A stretch of DNA of 52,435 bases from a virus (lineage: Duplodnaviria > Caudoviricetes), in IMG/VR virus record IMGVR_UViG_3300010413_000048, positions 1 to 52,435 of that record, one strand, 5' to 3'. The notes under the pieces are model-generated. The model ran no database searches. It saw only the letters and a program-made list of their open reading frames with translations, and was not told the DNA's origin. Both the position numbers and the translations under genes were made by a program. Positions 35,374 through 45,821 of this stretch are shown in pieces; the first letter of the stretch is position 1, and every line of letters begins with the position of its first letter.

Positions 35374-36108
35374 ATGAACTTACTTCAATTAAGAACAAAG
35401 TTAATAGATCTTTCTGGAAGGTTTGATCTGGTAACAGATGCTCCAGGAGATGACTATACTGATAATGGAGCAGACTTCTTTATTTATGAAGGCCAGAAAC
35501 ATCTTGACCGTCTGAATGAAACAAAGAAATCCTGGGCCTCATGTTTCAGGTTTGTTGAGATAGGTGGATTCTCTGCTACCTTTCCTTATTGTAGAGCAAT
35601 TAAGGAGGTCTGGGCCGCCTCAACTACTGCACGTTGGCAGCTTGAGAAGAAAGACTTACAGGACCTAATTGCAGCTTACTTAACATCTCTTCCCAGTGAA
35701 AGAGACTCTGGAACTATTGCTTATTATTCACCTACCATAACTCGCTACGTTCCAGGTGATGCTACTCCTGCAGATTTGGAAACCTTTGTGGGTTGGCTAG
35801 ATGTTCCCACAGGGCCTAATCCAGAATATAACTCAGTGATTTTTGATGGACCTACTGATGAAAAGATCTCAATTGAGATCAAGGGACTTTTTTATACTCC
35901 TGAGTTAGTTAATGAGACTGATGAAAACTACTGGTCAGTTAGTAATCCAGGGCTTCTTATCATGGCAGCTCAGCGAATGATGGAAGTGTTTAATAGGAAT
36001 ACTCAGGGAGTCAATGACTGGGATAATGCTATTGAGAAGTATGACACTCAACTAGGGATGGATCTGGTTGAAGAACTTATTGCGGAAGTAAATGAGATGG
36101 GAGGGTGA
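35374..36108 (+). CDS. head-tail adaptor / tail tubular protein A-like
   Basis: MNLLQLRT.L start; L.NETDENYW...P.LLI.AA; follows MCP. Confidence 0.6.
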   Translation: MNLLQLRTKLIDLSGRFDLVTDAPGDDYTDNGADFFIYEGQKHLDRLNETKKSWASCFRFVEIGGFSATFPYCRAIKEVWAASTTARWQLEKKDLQDLIAAYLTSLPSERDSGTIAYYSPTITRYVPGDATPADLETFVGWLDVPTGPNPEYNSVIFDGPTDEKISIEIKGLFYTPELVNETDENYWSVSNPGLLIMAAQRMMEVFNRNTQGVNDWDNAIEKYDTQLGMDLVEELIAEVNEMGG

Positions 36109-36553
36109 GATGGATAGTCAAGAAAGAGTTAAGAGACGAATTGCTAGAAGACAAAGGACTGTTGCCAAGGCTATTGTTACTCCTGTTCCAGTCTCCTGTT
36201 GTGTTACTGGAGGAGCTAATGGAGATATACTGAAGTATATGTTTATAGGCTCTGGAGTTATTAATAAGGTTAAAGTCTATCTATCTTCGAAGCCTAAGAA
36301 TAATGCAGTGATTATTATAAAAGTTGAAAATGATATTGATGGAGAGTCTAAACAGTATTCAATGGCTAGAAGAGATCTTATCATTGAACCTGAATTAAAG
36401 ATTCAGTCAGGAGATAGATTAACTATCCATCTTGCAGTCCATCCTGAAGATCAAATAGATGAATGTTGGATAGCAATGCAGTGGATTCCTGATATAAAAG
36501 ATACTTCAGTAAAGAAACTTTTCCTTGAGGAGGTAAATGAAAATGCCTTATAA
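36092..36553 (+). CDS. hypothetical protein
   Basis: ORF in operon (probable start at 36110). Confidence 0.6.
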   Translation: MRWEGEMDSQERVKRRIARRQRTVAKAIVTPVPVSCCVTGGANGDILKYMFIGSGVINKVKVYLSSKPKNNAVIIIKVENDIDGESKQYSMARRDLIIEPELKIQSGDRLTIHLAVHPEDQIDECWIAMQWIPDIKDTSVKKLFLEEVNENAL

Positions 36554-36731
36554 AATCAAAGGAAATACTGTGATTAAAAAAGATACAGGTGAAGTAGTTG
36601 GTCATAGCAAGCACCCAAAAGAATATTTAAAGGCCCTCTATGCTAATGCTGACAAAGGTCATCATTCAGCTGCTAATGGATCTTTTATTGATTTAAGAGC
36701 TTCTAAATTCGGAGTAAACCTCAATGCGTGA
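36537..36731 (+). CDS. hypothetical protein
   Basis: GGAGG RBS; MPYKI...ALYAN. Confidence 0.6.
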   Translation: MKMPYKIKGNTVIKKDTGEVVGHSKHPKEYLKALYANADKGHHSAANGSFIDLRASKFGVNLNA

Positions 36732-38109
36732 GTTTGAACTGACAATAGACGAAGCCCTTCGAAATGGACTTAGTCCATTCAAAGCAACTCCATTTAATTC
36801 TCCTTATTTAAACGAATTTCTTGGCTGGAGACTTGGAAAGGCAGGACCTGAGAAATATGAGACTAAGGATAATCCTATAGTCTTAGGAACCCTTGTCTAC
36901 AGTTGGCCCTTTCCACAGTATGTTACTGGTGAAAGGTATAACTTCTTAATCATCAGAGATAATATAACAGATCATGCTGACAAGGTTTATGAAGTCAGTG
37001 ATAATCATGCTACCATCAATCATGTATTTGATATAGATGTTCTTACCTTTGGTTCCTATGGAACTCTGATGGAAGTAGCAGACTTTGGTGAGTATGCTAT
37101 CATGATGAATGGAGTGGCAATGATCTATTGGAATGTCCTTGGAGCCTGGAATGCTTCAGTTGAGACAGCTACAGTTCCACTGATGAGGACTATCTGTAAT
37201 TTCAAAGGTCAGGTAGTTGGAGGAGGAGTTACAACTACTTGGCATGACTGTGATGAAACATTCTATTGCTGGTCAAAGATTGGAGAAGTTGATTTTACTC
37301 CTAATAATGAAAACACTGCTGGTTATAGACGTGATCCTTATGGAGGAAATGTTAAGCATGTGAGAAGACTAAGAGATAGAGTAGTTGGATATTCTGATAA
37401 GGGAATAGTCTTCTTAGTCCCAACAGTTGATCCTGTTCCTACATTTGGATTTGTGGAGCTTAGTGATGTAGGGATTAAGAATCAAGGAGCTATGGATGGA
37501 GATCTTAATCAACAAGTCTATGTAGGTGAAGATAATATTCTTAGACGAGTTACTGAAAAAGGAATCGAAGAACTTGGTTATGAAAGATGGATGGAGGAAC
37601 TGGATGGAGAAGATATTATTGTTTCTTATGATAAAAAATATAAGGACTTCTACATTGGAAATAGTACCAAGACCTTTCTTCTTTCACCTAATGGTTTATC
37701 AGAAGTTCCTCAGCATCCAAGTGCAGTCTGGAGAAATGATAATGAGACTTTTATGCTTCCAGGTACAGTAGATAGTTATTATCAGACTATAACCTCATGG
37801 CCTTATGATGTAGGATATGCAGGACAGAAGACAGTAGTTGGAGTCGAGACTGATTTGTTCTTAGGCTATCTTCCAGAAGCTGCAATAAGTTACTATACCA
37901 ATATTCATACTTATGGAACAACTAATTATAAACCCCTTAACAATCAAAACATCTGTGCAATTACAGCAGTTGGAAATGCCTTTGCAGTGCATCTGAGATG
38001 CAATCCACTATATGATAATTCAACTATTGGATATATAAAGGTGAGATATAAGATGAATGATTTAAGAGGAATTCGAGGAGTCTATGCTCCTCCTCCACGA
38101 GGACAGTAA
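36724..38109 (+). CDS. tail nozzle / stabilisation protein (tubular protein B-like)
   Basis: 461-aa beta-rich protein with a WS.IG motif, positioned after the adaptor. Confidence 0.55.
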   Translation: MREFELTIDEALRNGLSPFKATPFNSPYLNEFLGWRLGKAGPEKYETKDNPIVLGTLVYSWPFPQYVTGERYNFLIIRDNITDHADKVYEVSDNHATINHVFDIDVLTFGSYGTLMEVADFGEYAIMMNGVAMIYWNVLGAWNASVETATVPLMRTICNFKGQVVGGGVTTTWHDCDETFYCWSKIGEVDFTPNNENTAGYRRDPYGGNVKHVRRLRDRVVGYSDKGIVFLVPTVDPVPTFGFVELSDVGIKNQGAMDGDLNQQVYVGEDNILRRVTEKGIEELGYERWMEELDGEDIIVSYDKKYKDFYIGNSTKTFLLSPNGLSEVPQHPSAVWRNDNETFMLPGTVDSYYQTITSWPYDVGYAGQKTVVGVETDLFLGYLPEAAISYYTNIHTYGTTNYKPLNNQNICAITAVGNAFAVHLRCNPLYDNSTIGYIKVRYKMNDLRGIRGVYAPPPRGQ

Positions 38110-38549
38110 TGTTAACTAAACTTTTGCCAGACCAAATAGCTAAATTCTGGGATATAATAAAGTATGCAGTTGAAGAATCTCTACCACCTATTGTAGGAGA
38201 GAGTCCAGATAAGATGCAGAATATTTTAACTGGGTGTTTAGATGGATCATTAGAGGTTTGGATCTCACATAAGAGAACAGAGGATGTGACAAGGATAGAA
38301 GCTGTAGTATTAACAGAATTTCTTTATGATAGACCTTCTAAAACAAAGAGTCTCTTGATTTACTGCCTCTACGGCTACGAAGACATCGCAAAAGAATCTT
38401 GGACTGAAGGTCTTGAGGTATTAAAAAAGTATGCAAAAGGAAGAGGATGTAAACAAGTAGTTGCTTATAGTGAAGTCCCTATGATCATTGAACTATCAAA
38501 GAAACTTGGTGGTGAAGCAAGGTTTATGTATCTTACTTTTAATATTTAG
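38109..38549 (+). CDS. GNAT-fold protein of the podovirus tail module
   Basis: L..YAK.RGC..V...S...KKLG; position before the ejection proteins. Confidence 0.5.
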   Translation: MLTKLLPDQIAKFWDIIKYAVEESLPPIVGESPDKMQNILTGCLDGSLEVWISHKRTEDVTRIEAVVLTEFLYDRPSKTKSLLIYCLYGYEDIAKESWTEGLEVLKKYAKGRGCKQVVAYSEVPMIIELSKKLGGEARFMYLTFNI

Positions 38550-38558
38550 GAGATTCTC

Positions 38559-39458
38559 ATGCTATCAATAATAGCTGATGGAAATATAAAGATAGGACTT
38601 ATGTCCTTTAAGGGTGGTGGAACATCTGGTGCTGTTAGCTACCCAGCCTATATGGAAACTATTCATAATGATTGGTTAGATAACACAGGTGTAGACACAA
38701 TGACTTCGTCCATAACAGATCTCATGGATGCAGCTGTTGGTAATAGTCCTTGGACTGCACAGGCAGCCTATGATCCAGATGCTGACATTGCATTGATGGT
38801 AGCTTCTCATGCAACACTTCAAGCATTGGTAACATTACTTAGTACAGGAACTACACTTGATACTCTTGTGTCGAATATTCTTAGTGATACCTATGTTGAT
38901 GATGTTGTAGATGAATATGAAGCTGATGCGAATGCTAGACTAACAACTACTATTCTTCCTCGCTTTCAACGTGGAATGCAGAATATCAATGCAGTTGTTT
39001 CAAGTACATTTGTTCTCGGACAGTCTAACATTGAAGCTGAGGTTGCAAGGAATGTGAATAGATTTTCAGCGGAACTTCATCTTAAAGCAGCTTCAGATGA
39101 CGCACTTAAGATTGTTCAACTTAAACTTGAATATCAGAAGATAGCAACTCAATTCATCATTGAGATGTATAGGATTAAGATAGTCGCAAAGAAAGAAGAA
39201 AACGACGTGACTATGGATATAGATGATAGGGATGCTAGGTGGGATATGGAAGTGTTTCAGTACGGCTGTAATGTGTTGGCAGCCATAGCTGGTGCATCCG
39301 CTGGAACCAAAGGACCTTCCACAGCACAGAGTGTTATTGGTGGAGCTATGAGTGGAGTAGCTGCAGGGGCGATGGCAGGTAGTGCATTTCCTATAGTAGG
39401 TACTTTAGCTGGCGCAGTATATGGTGGACTGCTCGGAGCTGGTAGTGCATTTCTATGA
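38559..39458 (+). CDS. putative DNA ejection (internal virion) protein
   Basis: KGGG start region; C-terminal glycine zipper. Confidence 0.55.
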   Translation: MLSIIADGNIKIGLMSFKGGGTSGAVSYPAYMETIHNDWLDNTGVDTMTSSITDLMDAAVGNSPWTAQAAYDPDADIALMVASHATLQALVTLLSTGTTLDTLVSNILSDTYVDDVVDEYEADANARLTTTILPRFQRGMQNINAVVSSTFVLGQSNIEAEVARNVNRFSAELHLKAASDDALKIVQLKLEYQKIATQFIIEMYRIKIVAKKEENDVTMDIDDRDARWDMEVFQYGCNVLAAIAGASAGTKGPSTAQSVIGGAMSGVAAGAMAGSAFPIVGTLAGAVYGGLLGAGSAFL

Positions 39459-39460
39459 TC

Positions 39461-39485
39461 AGATATATAAATTTTTTATACATCT
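39461..39485. repeat. 25-bp palindrome, copy 17
   Basis: AGATATATAAATTTTTTATACATCT. Confidence 0.9.
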
Positions 39486-39500
39486 ATTTGGAGGTTAAAG

Positions 39501-40544
39501 ATGGCAGTTATTAATCCTTTTCAGGATACCTTGTATCCTAATCCTACGAGCAATATTGTACCTGCTGCAGGGAATGTTCCTAATACAAATACAGGAGTTA
39601 ATCCACTACTGATTCAGTATCTAGCAGCTGCTGGAAGTGACTTACTCTCAGGTAATCCAATAGGAGCTAATGTCAATGCTGTTACAAATCAAGCTGTTCA
39701 AAACAAGAGTTTTGTAAAACTCCTTCAACAAATGCTTGGTCAGGCACAATCTCCTAATAATACTTCCAAGATGACTATGGATGGTAGTAAGTTTAAATTT
39801 GAAGGTGATATGATAGATGATGAAGGAAATCCTTTCTTAAACCCTTCGACCAGTCCACTAGATATTAGCAGTGTCGATCTAGCTGGACTGACTCCAGAGC
39901 TGATTTCACAGGCACTGAATTTCAAGATGACTCAAGATCAACTTGCACAGAAGAAAATTTCTGATTATGTAGATATGATATATAAAGGTGCATTGACTGA
40001 TCAGGCGTTAGCAGCAGCAGAGAAATCAAGGAATGTTGATACTAGGACTGGAAACATTAAAGAGTATGAATATGCTAGAGATAATCAAGGATTCGATGGA
40101 ACTCTTAGAGAATGGATATCTACAGATCCTATTTCTTGGAAGGAATATCAGAAGGATAGGGGACAAGGATATGAAGATACTTACCATAATTGGCTAAGAG
40201 AACAATCATCACTTAAAGGTGGACTTAGTCTTCCTGAATTTGAGAAAAGGAAGGAAGTCACTGAGGACATCCAGGCAAGGAAATACTTCACTGATCCCAA
40301 AGGTCTTGCACAAGACGTGGATAAACATATAGCTTCAGAGGAAGTCCAAAATAGTTTATTCACCTATGCTGACAATCCCAGGGAACTTCAACGACAGACC
40401 TTACTTGCAAAAGCAAAGTATGTTGAAAGTAAGATAACTTCCTCTGGTGGAAAGGTCGAAGATGTCTCTATGGATGGTCGAACTCGTGTGTGGAAAGTTA
40501 AGTGGCCTGATGGAAAGGTGAGTGAGGTAAGATATGGTTTCTAA
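39501..40544 (+). CDS. putative internal virion/ejection protein
   Basis: Helical; KEYEYA..QGF.G...EW repeat; position. Confidence 0.55.
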   Translation: MAVINPFQDTLYPNPTSNIVPAAGNVPNTNTGVNPLLIQYLAAAGSDLLSGNPIGANVNAVTNQAVQNKSFVKLLQQMLGQAQSPNNTSKMTMDGSKFKFEGDMIDDEGNPFLNPSTSPLDISSVDLAGLTPELISQALNFKMTQDQLAQKKISDYVDMIYKGALTDQALAAAEKSRNVDTRTGNIKEYEYARDNQGFDGTLREWISTDPISWKEYQKDRGQGYEDTYHNWLREQSSLKGGLSLPEFEKRKEVTEDIQARKYFTDPKGLAQDVDKHIASEEVQNSLFTYADNPRELQRQTLLAKAKYVESKITSSGGKVEDVSMDGRTRVWKVKWPDGKVSEVRYGF

Positions 40545-43500
40545 TCCTGATTGGACTGAAGGACTTTTAGGTGAAGACGTTCCAAGTGAGTCGATAGATC
40601 TAGCTGATGATAGTTGGGCTGGTGATCTGTTACCAAAAGAAGAACCTAAGCCAGTTGAAGTACCTAAACCAAAGCCATTGACTGTACCAAGAAGCTATCC
40701 CAATACTCCACTGTTTCAAGATACTCTTTATGGCCAGGCACTTAATAAAGTAATAAGACCTAATCAAGGACCTGAACAGAAGCTTATTAATGTAGAAAAA
40801 CTCAAGCCTGAGATTGATAGTGTTGTAAGTGGTCTAGCTGACTTCCTTGAAGATACTCCTACCCATAGTCGATTTGCTGCACTGCTTCCTGCACCGTTGA
40901 GAAAAACAGCAAGAGGCATAGGTGACTTCTTCAGTGCCATTCCAGGATTTGTTCTTGGAGTCTTAGCAGTCCCTGATCGAGCTAAGGTTCTTTTAAATAA
41001 GAAAGATTCTTCAGTGGAAGATCTCTATAATGCAATGGAAGGGGATATAGCAGGGATTAATAAGTCTGTTAGAGAGCATGTAGTAGATCAAACTCTAGGA
41101 ACTCTTGTTGGTGAAGCTACTCCAGGATCAGAAATGATTGGAAGAGCTATCATGGTTCCACTGGAAGTTCTAACAAGAACAGCCAATAGCATTTCTGAAT
41201 GGAAGAGGTTTGAAGATAGTCCTAATATAAGAGGAGTTATCAAGTTTGCAGGCTTTGGTGCTGGTGTACTAGCGATGGGGAAGATCTATCAGAAAGGTAG
41301 AAGATCAGAGGCTATCAATGATATTTCAGATGTAGTAGCAGGTGCTAAGGATCTTGAAACAAAGTATAAGATAGCTGAAGAGATTCCTGATCAGGCTATC
41401 AGGGCAGCGCAGGAGAAGATCTTAGATGCACAGAAAGTTCGGTTAGAGCTTCAAGCAAAAGCAATGATGGATAAGCTTGATTATGGAATTTTGATTAAGG
41501 AAGATCTGAGTAATACAGGAGGAAGGATTAAGCAGATTAAACAGGCTAATAAGTATATTGCTGATGAGGTGATTAATAAGACGTTTGAGAAGCTGCCTAA
41601 AGGAGAAAAGATAAAAGTTCAAAGGTCTTCAGAGGAAGCAGGTGATATGACTCAGTATGAGATCATTGAAGGTCCTGATAAAGGTAGTTCTGTTTCAAGG
41701 GGATCACTTAAAGCTGAGCCGAGTAAGTATGATATTAATGAAGAGTTGATGCAAGTAGTTAAGGAAAAGGGAGAAGTAGATGAATATGATCTATTGTTAA
41801 AGGACATTGAAAGACTGAAGAAGCAACCTGAACCAGATACAGACCTCGACATGGAAATCCAAGAACGAGAACCCTTTCAACTTGACACTGAGCATTCTCC
41901 ATTTAGAGAAAGTGCTGAGGTAACAGAAGGAAGAATAGATCTTTATAACCGAGTCAAGTGGCAGGAAGATCCTGAGCTGGCTACAGGCAAGATGATTAAC
42001 GATGTTAATAGATGGCTTGATACAGGGGAAGGGGATATAAAAGTAGCAAGGGATTCACTGAGTGAGTTTGCAGGAAGAGCTGAGGAGCTTAGGGATTATT
42101 TCAGGGAGTCAAGTGATTATCCTAGTAACTTTGACAACTGGAGGGAGATGGTAAGTGAAGCAGCGAGTTGGGCTAGGAAGGCGAAGAGGCCTAGTGAGGG
42201 AACCAAACTCTACGACATCGGTGGTGCAGTTGGTGAAGGAGCAAAGGAAATAGTCCGTGGAGCTAAGCGTGCTCGTGAATATATTATCAAAGCGAGAGGA
42301 ATGAAATCCTTCAAACCAATGCAGGCAGCGAAGATGCTAAAGGAAGAGCTTGTAAGATCCTTCGTTGACCGCTCTGGTAATATAAGAAAAAAACTTCTTG
42401 ATGGACTAGGTGATATTGGATATAGTATTATTCAGAAGATGTATCTATCGAAGGGTGCAAGTTCACGCTCCGCAGCGATGCTCAAGCAGATGCAGAAGGA
42501 AGTTTATCGTGGGCTTAATAAGAATGAAAAGAGAATCCTTGATACCTTAATCTTCCACAATCGTATGGCTGATATAGGAAAGTATAAGACTCCTAAACAA
42601 TTTAAGTATTTTAAAGATCATCCATTGGAAGATAGTATTGCTTACATCGAGCTGCTTGGGGATCTAGAGAAACTCAGTCCAGAGCAAGTAGCTGATATGC
42701 ATAATAGGGCAGCAGCTTACTTTGAATGGATGAAGAAGCCGTTGAAGGATATGCTGGATTCAGGAATTATTTCTGAGCAGGAGTTCGCTGATTTATCAAG
42801 TCATAATTATCGAAAGTTGAAACTGGTAGATATTTTTGATAAAAGATATGAAGGAAAGCTTGGGAAGAAAAGATTGACAGTCTATGACTCTGGAATTCAA
42901 GCACTTGCAAGAGGTAAAGCTACAGATGTATTTGAGCCTTCAAGTGAAGTAATGGCACTGGAGGTTTTTAATAGATCTTATGGAAGAATATTTAAGAATG
43001 AAGCAAATAAGAATTTGCTTAATCTTGCAAGAAGAGATAAAGAGAATCCTTTTGTAAGAGTTAAGAGAACTGAAGAATCAAAAGAAGGATATTATAAAGT
43101 TAGATATAAAGATAAAAGTGGAAAATCAAGAGAAATATTTATAGATAATAAAATAGAAGAATTTAAAGAATTTGAAAATAGTAATATGAATAGTGCACAG
43201 TCAGAAAGACTTAATGATTTTATATCTAAAGATACTTCACATAAATATACTAAATTACCTAGATCAGAGAATGATATTCCTAGTGGATGGGATAGGATCT
43301 TTGTTTATGATAAGGGTGAGAGAAAGGCTATTTATTTAAGTCCTGAGCTGAGTAAAGAATGGATTATTAATAATCCTGAAATGAGTTACAAGATGAGCCA
43401 GTTGATTAGGTATGCTTTTGGTTCACAGGTATTGAGAACCTTTGCCACTGGAATCAACTGGGGATTTGCAGTAGCTAATTTACCAAGAGATGTTATGCAC

Positions 43501-45072
43501 ACTTGGTTCACTGCAAGGAGTTGGGAGAATGGACAGTGGAAGCCAGTTTATAGTCCACATGCACCAGTGTTTCCACTACAGATAACAAGAGACCTTGGAT
43601 CAGTATTCACAGATGCACTGTTAAGAAAGGGACGATATGAAGACTATATTAATCAAGGTGGTGGCATGGAGTTCATGGTGCATCAAGGAAGAATACTCCA
43701 AAGAGGTAGACATCTTGAAGGACCACTTGATAGGGTTGAAAACTTTCTAGGATACTTTGGTGAGACAAGTGAGATATTAACAAGGCTTGCAATTAGAGAA
43801 AGGGCATTGAGACAAGGTAAAAGTGCAGAGGAAGCAACTTTCATTGCTCGTGACTATATGGACTTTGGACAGGGGGGAAGTATTGCAAAGGCCCTTGACA
43901 ATGCAATGCCTTATCTCAATGCAAGTATTCAGGGAACTAGAGGATTGCTTAGATCATTCAGAGATAATCCTGTTGAGTCAAGTTATAAGCTATCACAGTT
44001 TGCTGCACTTGTTACTGGTATTTACTTAGCAATGGATTCAAGAGCCCCTGAGACTAAGAAGAATCTTCAAGGTAGTATTGATATGACTAATAATATAGTG
44101 ATACCCCTTGGAGATGAATTTGGCTTTGTGGATTCAGAAGGACAGCAAAGGTATCCTTATATTAAGATTCCTTTAGATCCAAGTCAGAGATTTTTTAAGA
44201 AGTTTTTTGAGGCTAGTACAGATAAGTGGCTTGGAAATGAAGTTGATATTGAAAATACTGTTAAGGCACTGGGTGAGTTAAGTCCTGCTAATGTAGGATC
44301 ACTACCACCAACTCTTAGTGGTGCTCTTGGTTATATGACTAATAGGGATTTCTGGAGAAATGAAGATATATGGAGAGGATCTGATCCATTTAGTTATCCT
44401 TATTCAAGGGAAGAATATACAAGGAAGACTCCCCAAGCCTTTGTTGATGTAGGACAGGTGACAGGACTTAGTCCTGAAAGATTAAGGTATGCAGTTGGTG
44501 AACTTGTTACTCAAGGAACAGTATGGTCTTATTTACTTGGAGCAGGGTATGATGAACTGTTAGGTGATATGCCTAAGAGGAATAAGGAAGAACATCTGGC
44601 GATGGTGCTTAGTCAGACTCCAGTATTTAAAAGGTTTATAGGTGTCACTAATCCATATAGTAAATATGGAGAGAAGATAGATAAGGCACAGGAAGAGAAA
44701 GTACTTGAAGAGTTTGTACAGAATAGAAATTTTGATATTAAGGTAGATGCCTTTCTTTATGGAGAGGGGATTGAGAGAGGGGATTTAGATAAAGAGGCAA
44801 GAAGTTACAAGGATAAAGATACCTATGATCGTCTCATAGATCGACTGAGGTTTGAGGAGGCGATTAAAACTCTCCCTGAAAAATCTTTCTGGAGAAGAAT
44901 GAAAGGGCTAAGACTTGAGGCAAAAGCAAAAGTGTTTGCTGATAGATTAAGATCAGCAGATGAAAAAGAAAGGAGCCAACTCTGGAGAGAGTATGGGATT
45001 GTGGCTAAGGCCAAGGGGGTAATCTCTCCAGAGTTTCGAGCTGAGGTTAGGAAGCAGTTGGAGAAGGAATAG
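40534..45072 (+). CDS. large internal virion/ejection protein with LPD38-like C-terminal domain
   Basis: 1512 aa; F..N..RD, ARD.MDF...G...PYLNASIQG, IKIP, NRDF, SP..L.Y motifs. Confidence 0.7.
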   Translation: MVSNPDWTEGLLGEDVPSESIDLADDSWAGDLLPKEEPKPVEVPKPKPLTVPRSYPNTPLFQDTLYGQALNKVIRPNQGPEQKLINVEKLKPEIDSVVSGLADFLEDTPTHSRFAALLPAPLRKTARGIGDFFSAIPGFVLGVLAVPDRAKVLLNKKDSSVEDLYNAMEGDIAGINKSVREHVVDQTLGTLVGEATPGSEMIGRAIMVPLEVLTRTANSISEWKRFEDSPNIRGVIKFAGFGAGVLAMGKIYQKGRRSEAINDISDVVAGAKDLETKYKIAEEIPDQAIRAAQEKILDAQKVRLELQAKAMMDKLDYGILIKEDLSNTGGRIKQIKQANKYIADEVINKTFEKLPKGEKIKVQRSSEEAGDMTQYEIIEGPDKGSSVSRGSLKAEPSKYDINEELMQVVKEKGEVDEYDLLLKDIERLKKQPEPDTDLDMEIQEREPFQLDTEHSPFRESAEVTEGRIDLYNRVKWQEDPELATGKMINDVNRWLDTGEGDIKVARDSLSEFAGRAEELRDYFRESSDYPSNFDNWREMVSEAASWARKAKRPSEGTKLYDIGGAVGEGAKEIVRGAKRAREYIIKARGMKSFKPMQAAKMLKEELVRSFVDRSGNIRKKLLDGLGDIGYSIIQKMYLSKGASSRSAAMLKQMQKEVYRGLNKNEKRILDTLIFHNRMADIGKYKTPKQFKYFKDHPLEDSIAYIELLGDLEKLSPEQVADMHNRAAAYFEWMKKPLKDMLDSGIISEQEFADLSSHNYRKLKLVDIFDKRYEGKLGKKRLTVYDSGIQALARGKATDVFEPSSEVMALEVFNRSYGRIFKNEANKNLLNLARRDKENPFVRVKRTEESKEGYYKVRYKDKSGKSREIFIDNKIEEFKEFENSNMNSAQSERLNDFISKDTSHKYTKLPRSENDIPSGWDRIFVYDKGERKAIYLSPELSKEWIINNPEMSYKMSQLIRYAFGSQVLRTFATGINWGFAVANLPRDVMHTWFTARSWENGQWKPVYSPHAPVFPLQITRDLGSVFTDALLRKGRYEDYINQGGGMEFMVHQGRILQRGRHLEGPLDRVENFLGYFGETSEILTRLAIRERALRQGKSAEEATFIARDYMDFGQGGSIAKALDNAMPYLNASIQGTRGLLRSFRDNPVESSYKLSQFAALVTGIYLAMDSRAPETKKNLQGSIDMTNNIVIPLGDEFGFVDSEGQQRYPYIKIPLDPSQRFFKKFFEASTDKWLGNEVDIENTVKALGELSPANVGSLPPTLSGALGYMTNRDFWRNEDIWRGSDPFSYPYSREEYTRKTPQAFVDVGQVTGLSPERLRYAVGELVTQGTVWSYLLGAGYDELLGDMPKRNKEEHLAMVLSQTPVFKRFIGVTNPYSKYGEKIDKAQEEKVLEEFVQNRNFDIKVDAFLYGEGIERGDLDKEARSYKDKDTYDRLIDRLRFEEAIKTLPEKSFWRRMKGLRLEAKAKVFADRLRSADEKERSQLWREYGIVAKAKGVISPEFRAEVRKQLEKE

Positions 45073-45095
45073 ATGTATAAATTTTTTATGTATCT
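45071..45095. repeat. 25-bp palindrome, copy 18 (convergence point)
   Basis: AGATGTATAAATTTTTTATGTATCT overlaps both convergent TAG stops. Confidence 0.9.
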
Positions 45096-45768
45096 AATAA
45101 CTTATATCATCAAAGATAACGGGAATAAGTATCTTACATTCATCAAGTAAAGGTCTCATAATTTCCTGCATTTGTGGATGAGCTGCTTTGTCACAACGTA
45201 GTTTAAGTATATGTCTCCATTCACGAAGATTAGCACTCCATACTATTTCTGTTTTAGTTGAGTTAGGAAGGACTGAACGAGCTTGTTGAGGAGTCCAATC
45301 TTCCTTAATCAGATTTTGATATCTTTCTTCAGAGTCAAGCATAGCTAATATCCAATCCATCTTTCCAGTTTCATATACTTGCCAATGTTCAAATGAATCT
45401 ATATTTTTATATTCTCCTTCGTCTAAAACTATCCAAGGCGGAATAACAAAAGTACATCCACCTTTATAATTTACATACCTTGTTGATTCCTGACTAAATG
45501 CACAAAGTCTATGTCTTACAATCTCATGAGTAACTCCACGATCAACTATCATTCTTACTGACATATAAGAATGTTCAATAACAGATTCATGACCACGTTT
45601 GAGAATACTTTCAACAAAATTCTTTGCCGAATCTTTTGTTATAAGAGATTCAGATTTATAACAAGTTCTTCCAGCCTGTTCTATTAATTCTAAAATTTTA
45701 CTTCCTATTTCTCCTTCAGCTATTCCATGTAAAGCTAAAATTTGATAACTTGGTTTTACTAAGATCAT
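45094..45768 (-). CDS. thyX: FAD-dependent thymidylate synthase
   Basis: GRTCYKS, GHESVIEH, RHRLCAFSQESTRY, ARSVLP, NLREWRH. Confidence 0.96.
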   Translation of the reverse strand: MILVKPSYQILALHGIAEGEIGSKILELIEQAGRTCYKSESLITKDSAKNFVESILKRGHESVIEHSYMSVRMIVDRGVTHEIVRHRLCAFSQESTRYVNYKGGCTFVIPPWIVLDEGEYKNIDSFEHWQVYETGKMDWILAMLDSEERYQNLIKEDWTPQQARSVLPNSTKTEIVWSANLREWRHILKLRCDKAAHPQMQEIMRPLLDECKILIPVIFDDISY

Positions 45769-45796
45769 TTTATTTCTCCTTTGTTTTAAGTTAATA

Positions 45797-45821
45797 AGAT
45801 ATATAAATTATTTATTTATCT
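45797..45821. repeat. 25-bp palindrome, copy 19
   Basis: AGATATATAAATTATTTATTTATCT. Confidence 0.9.
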
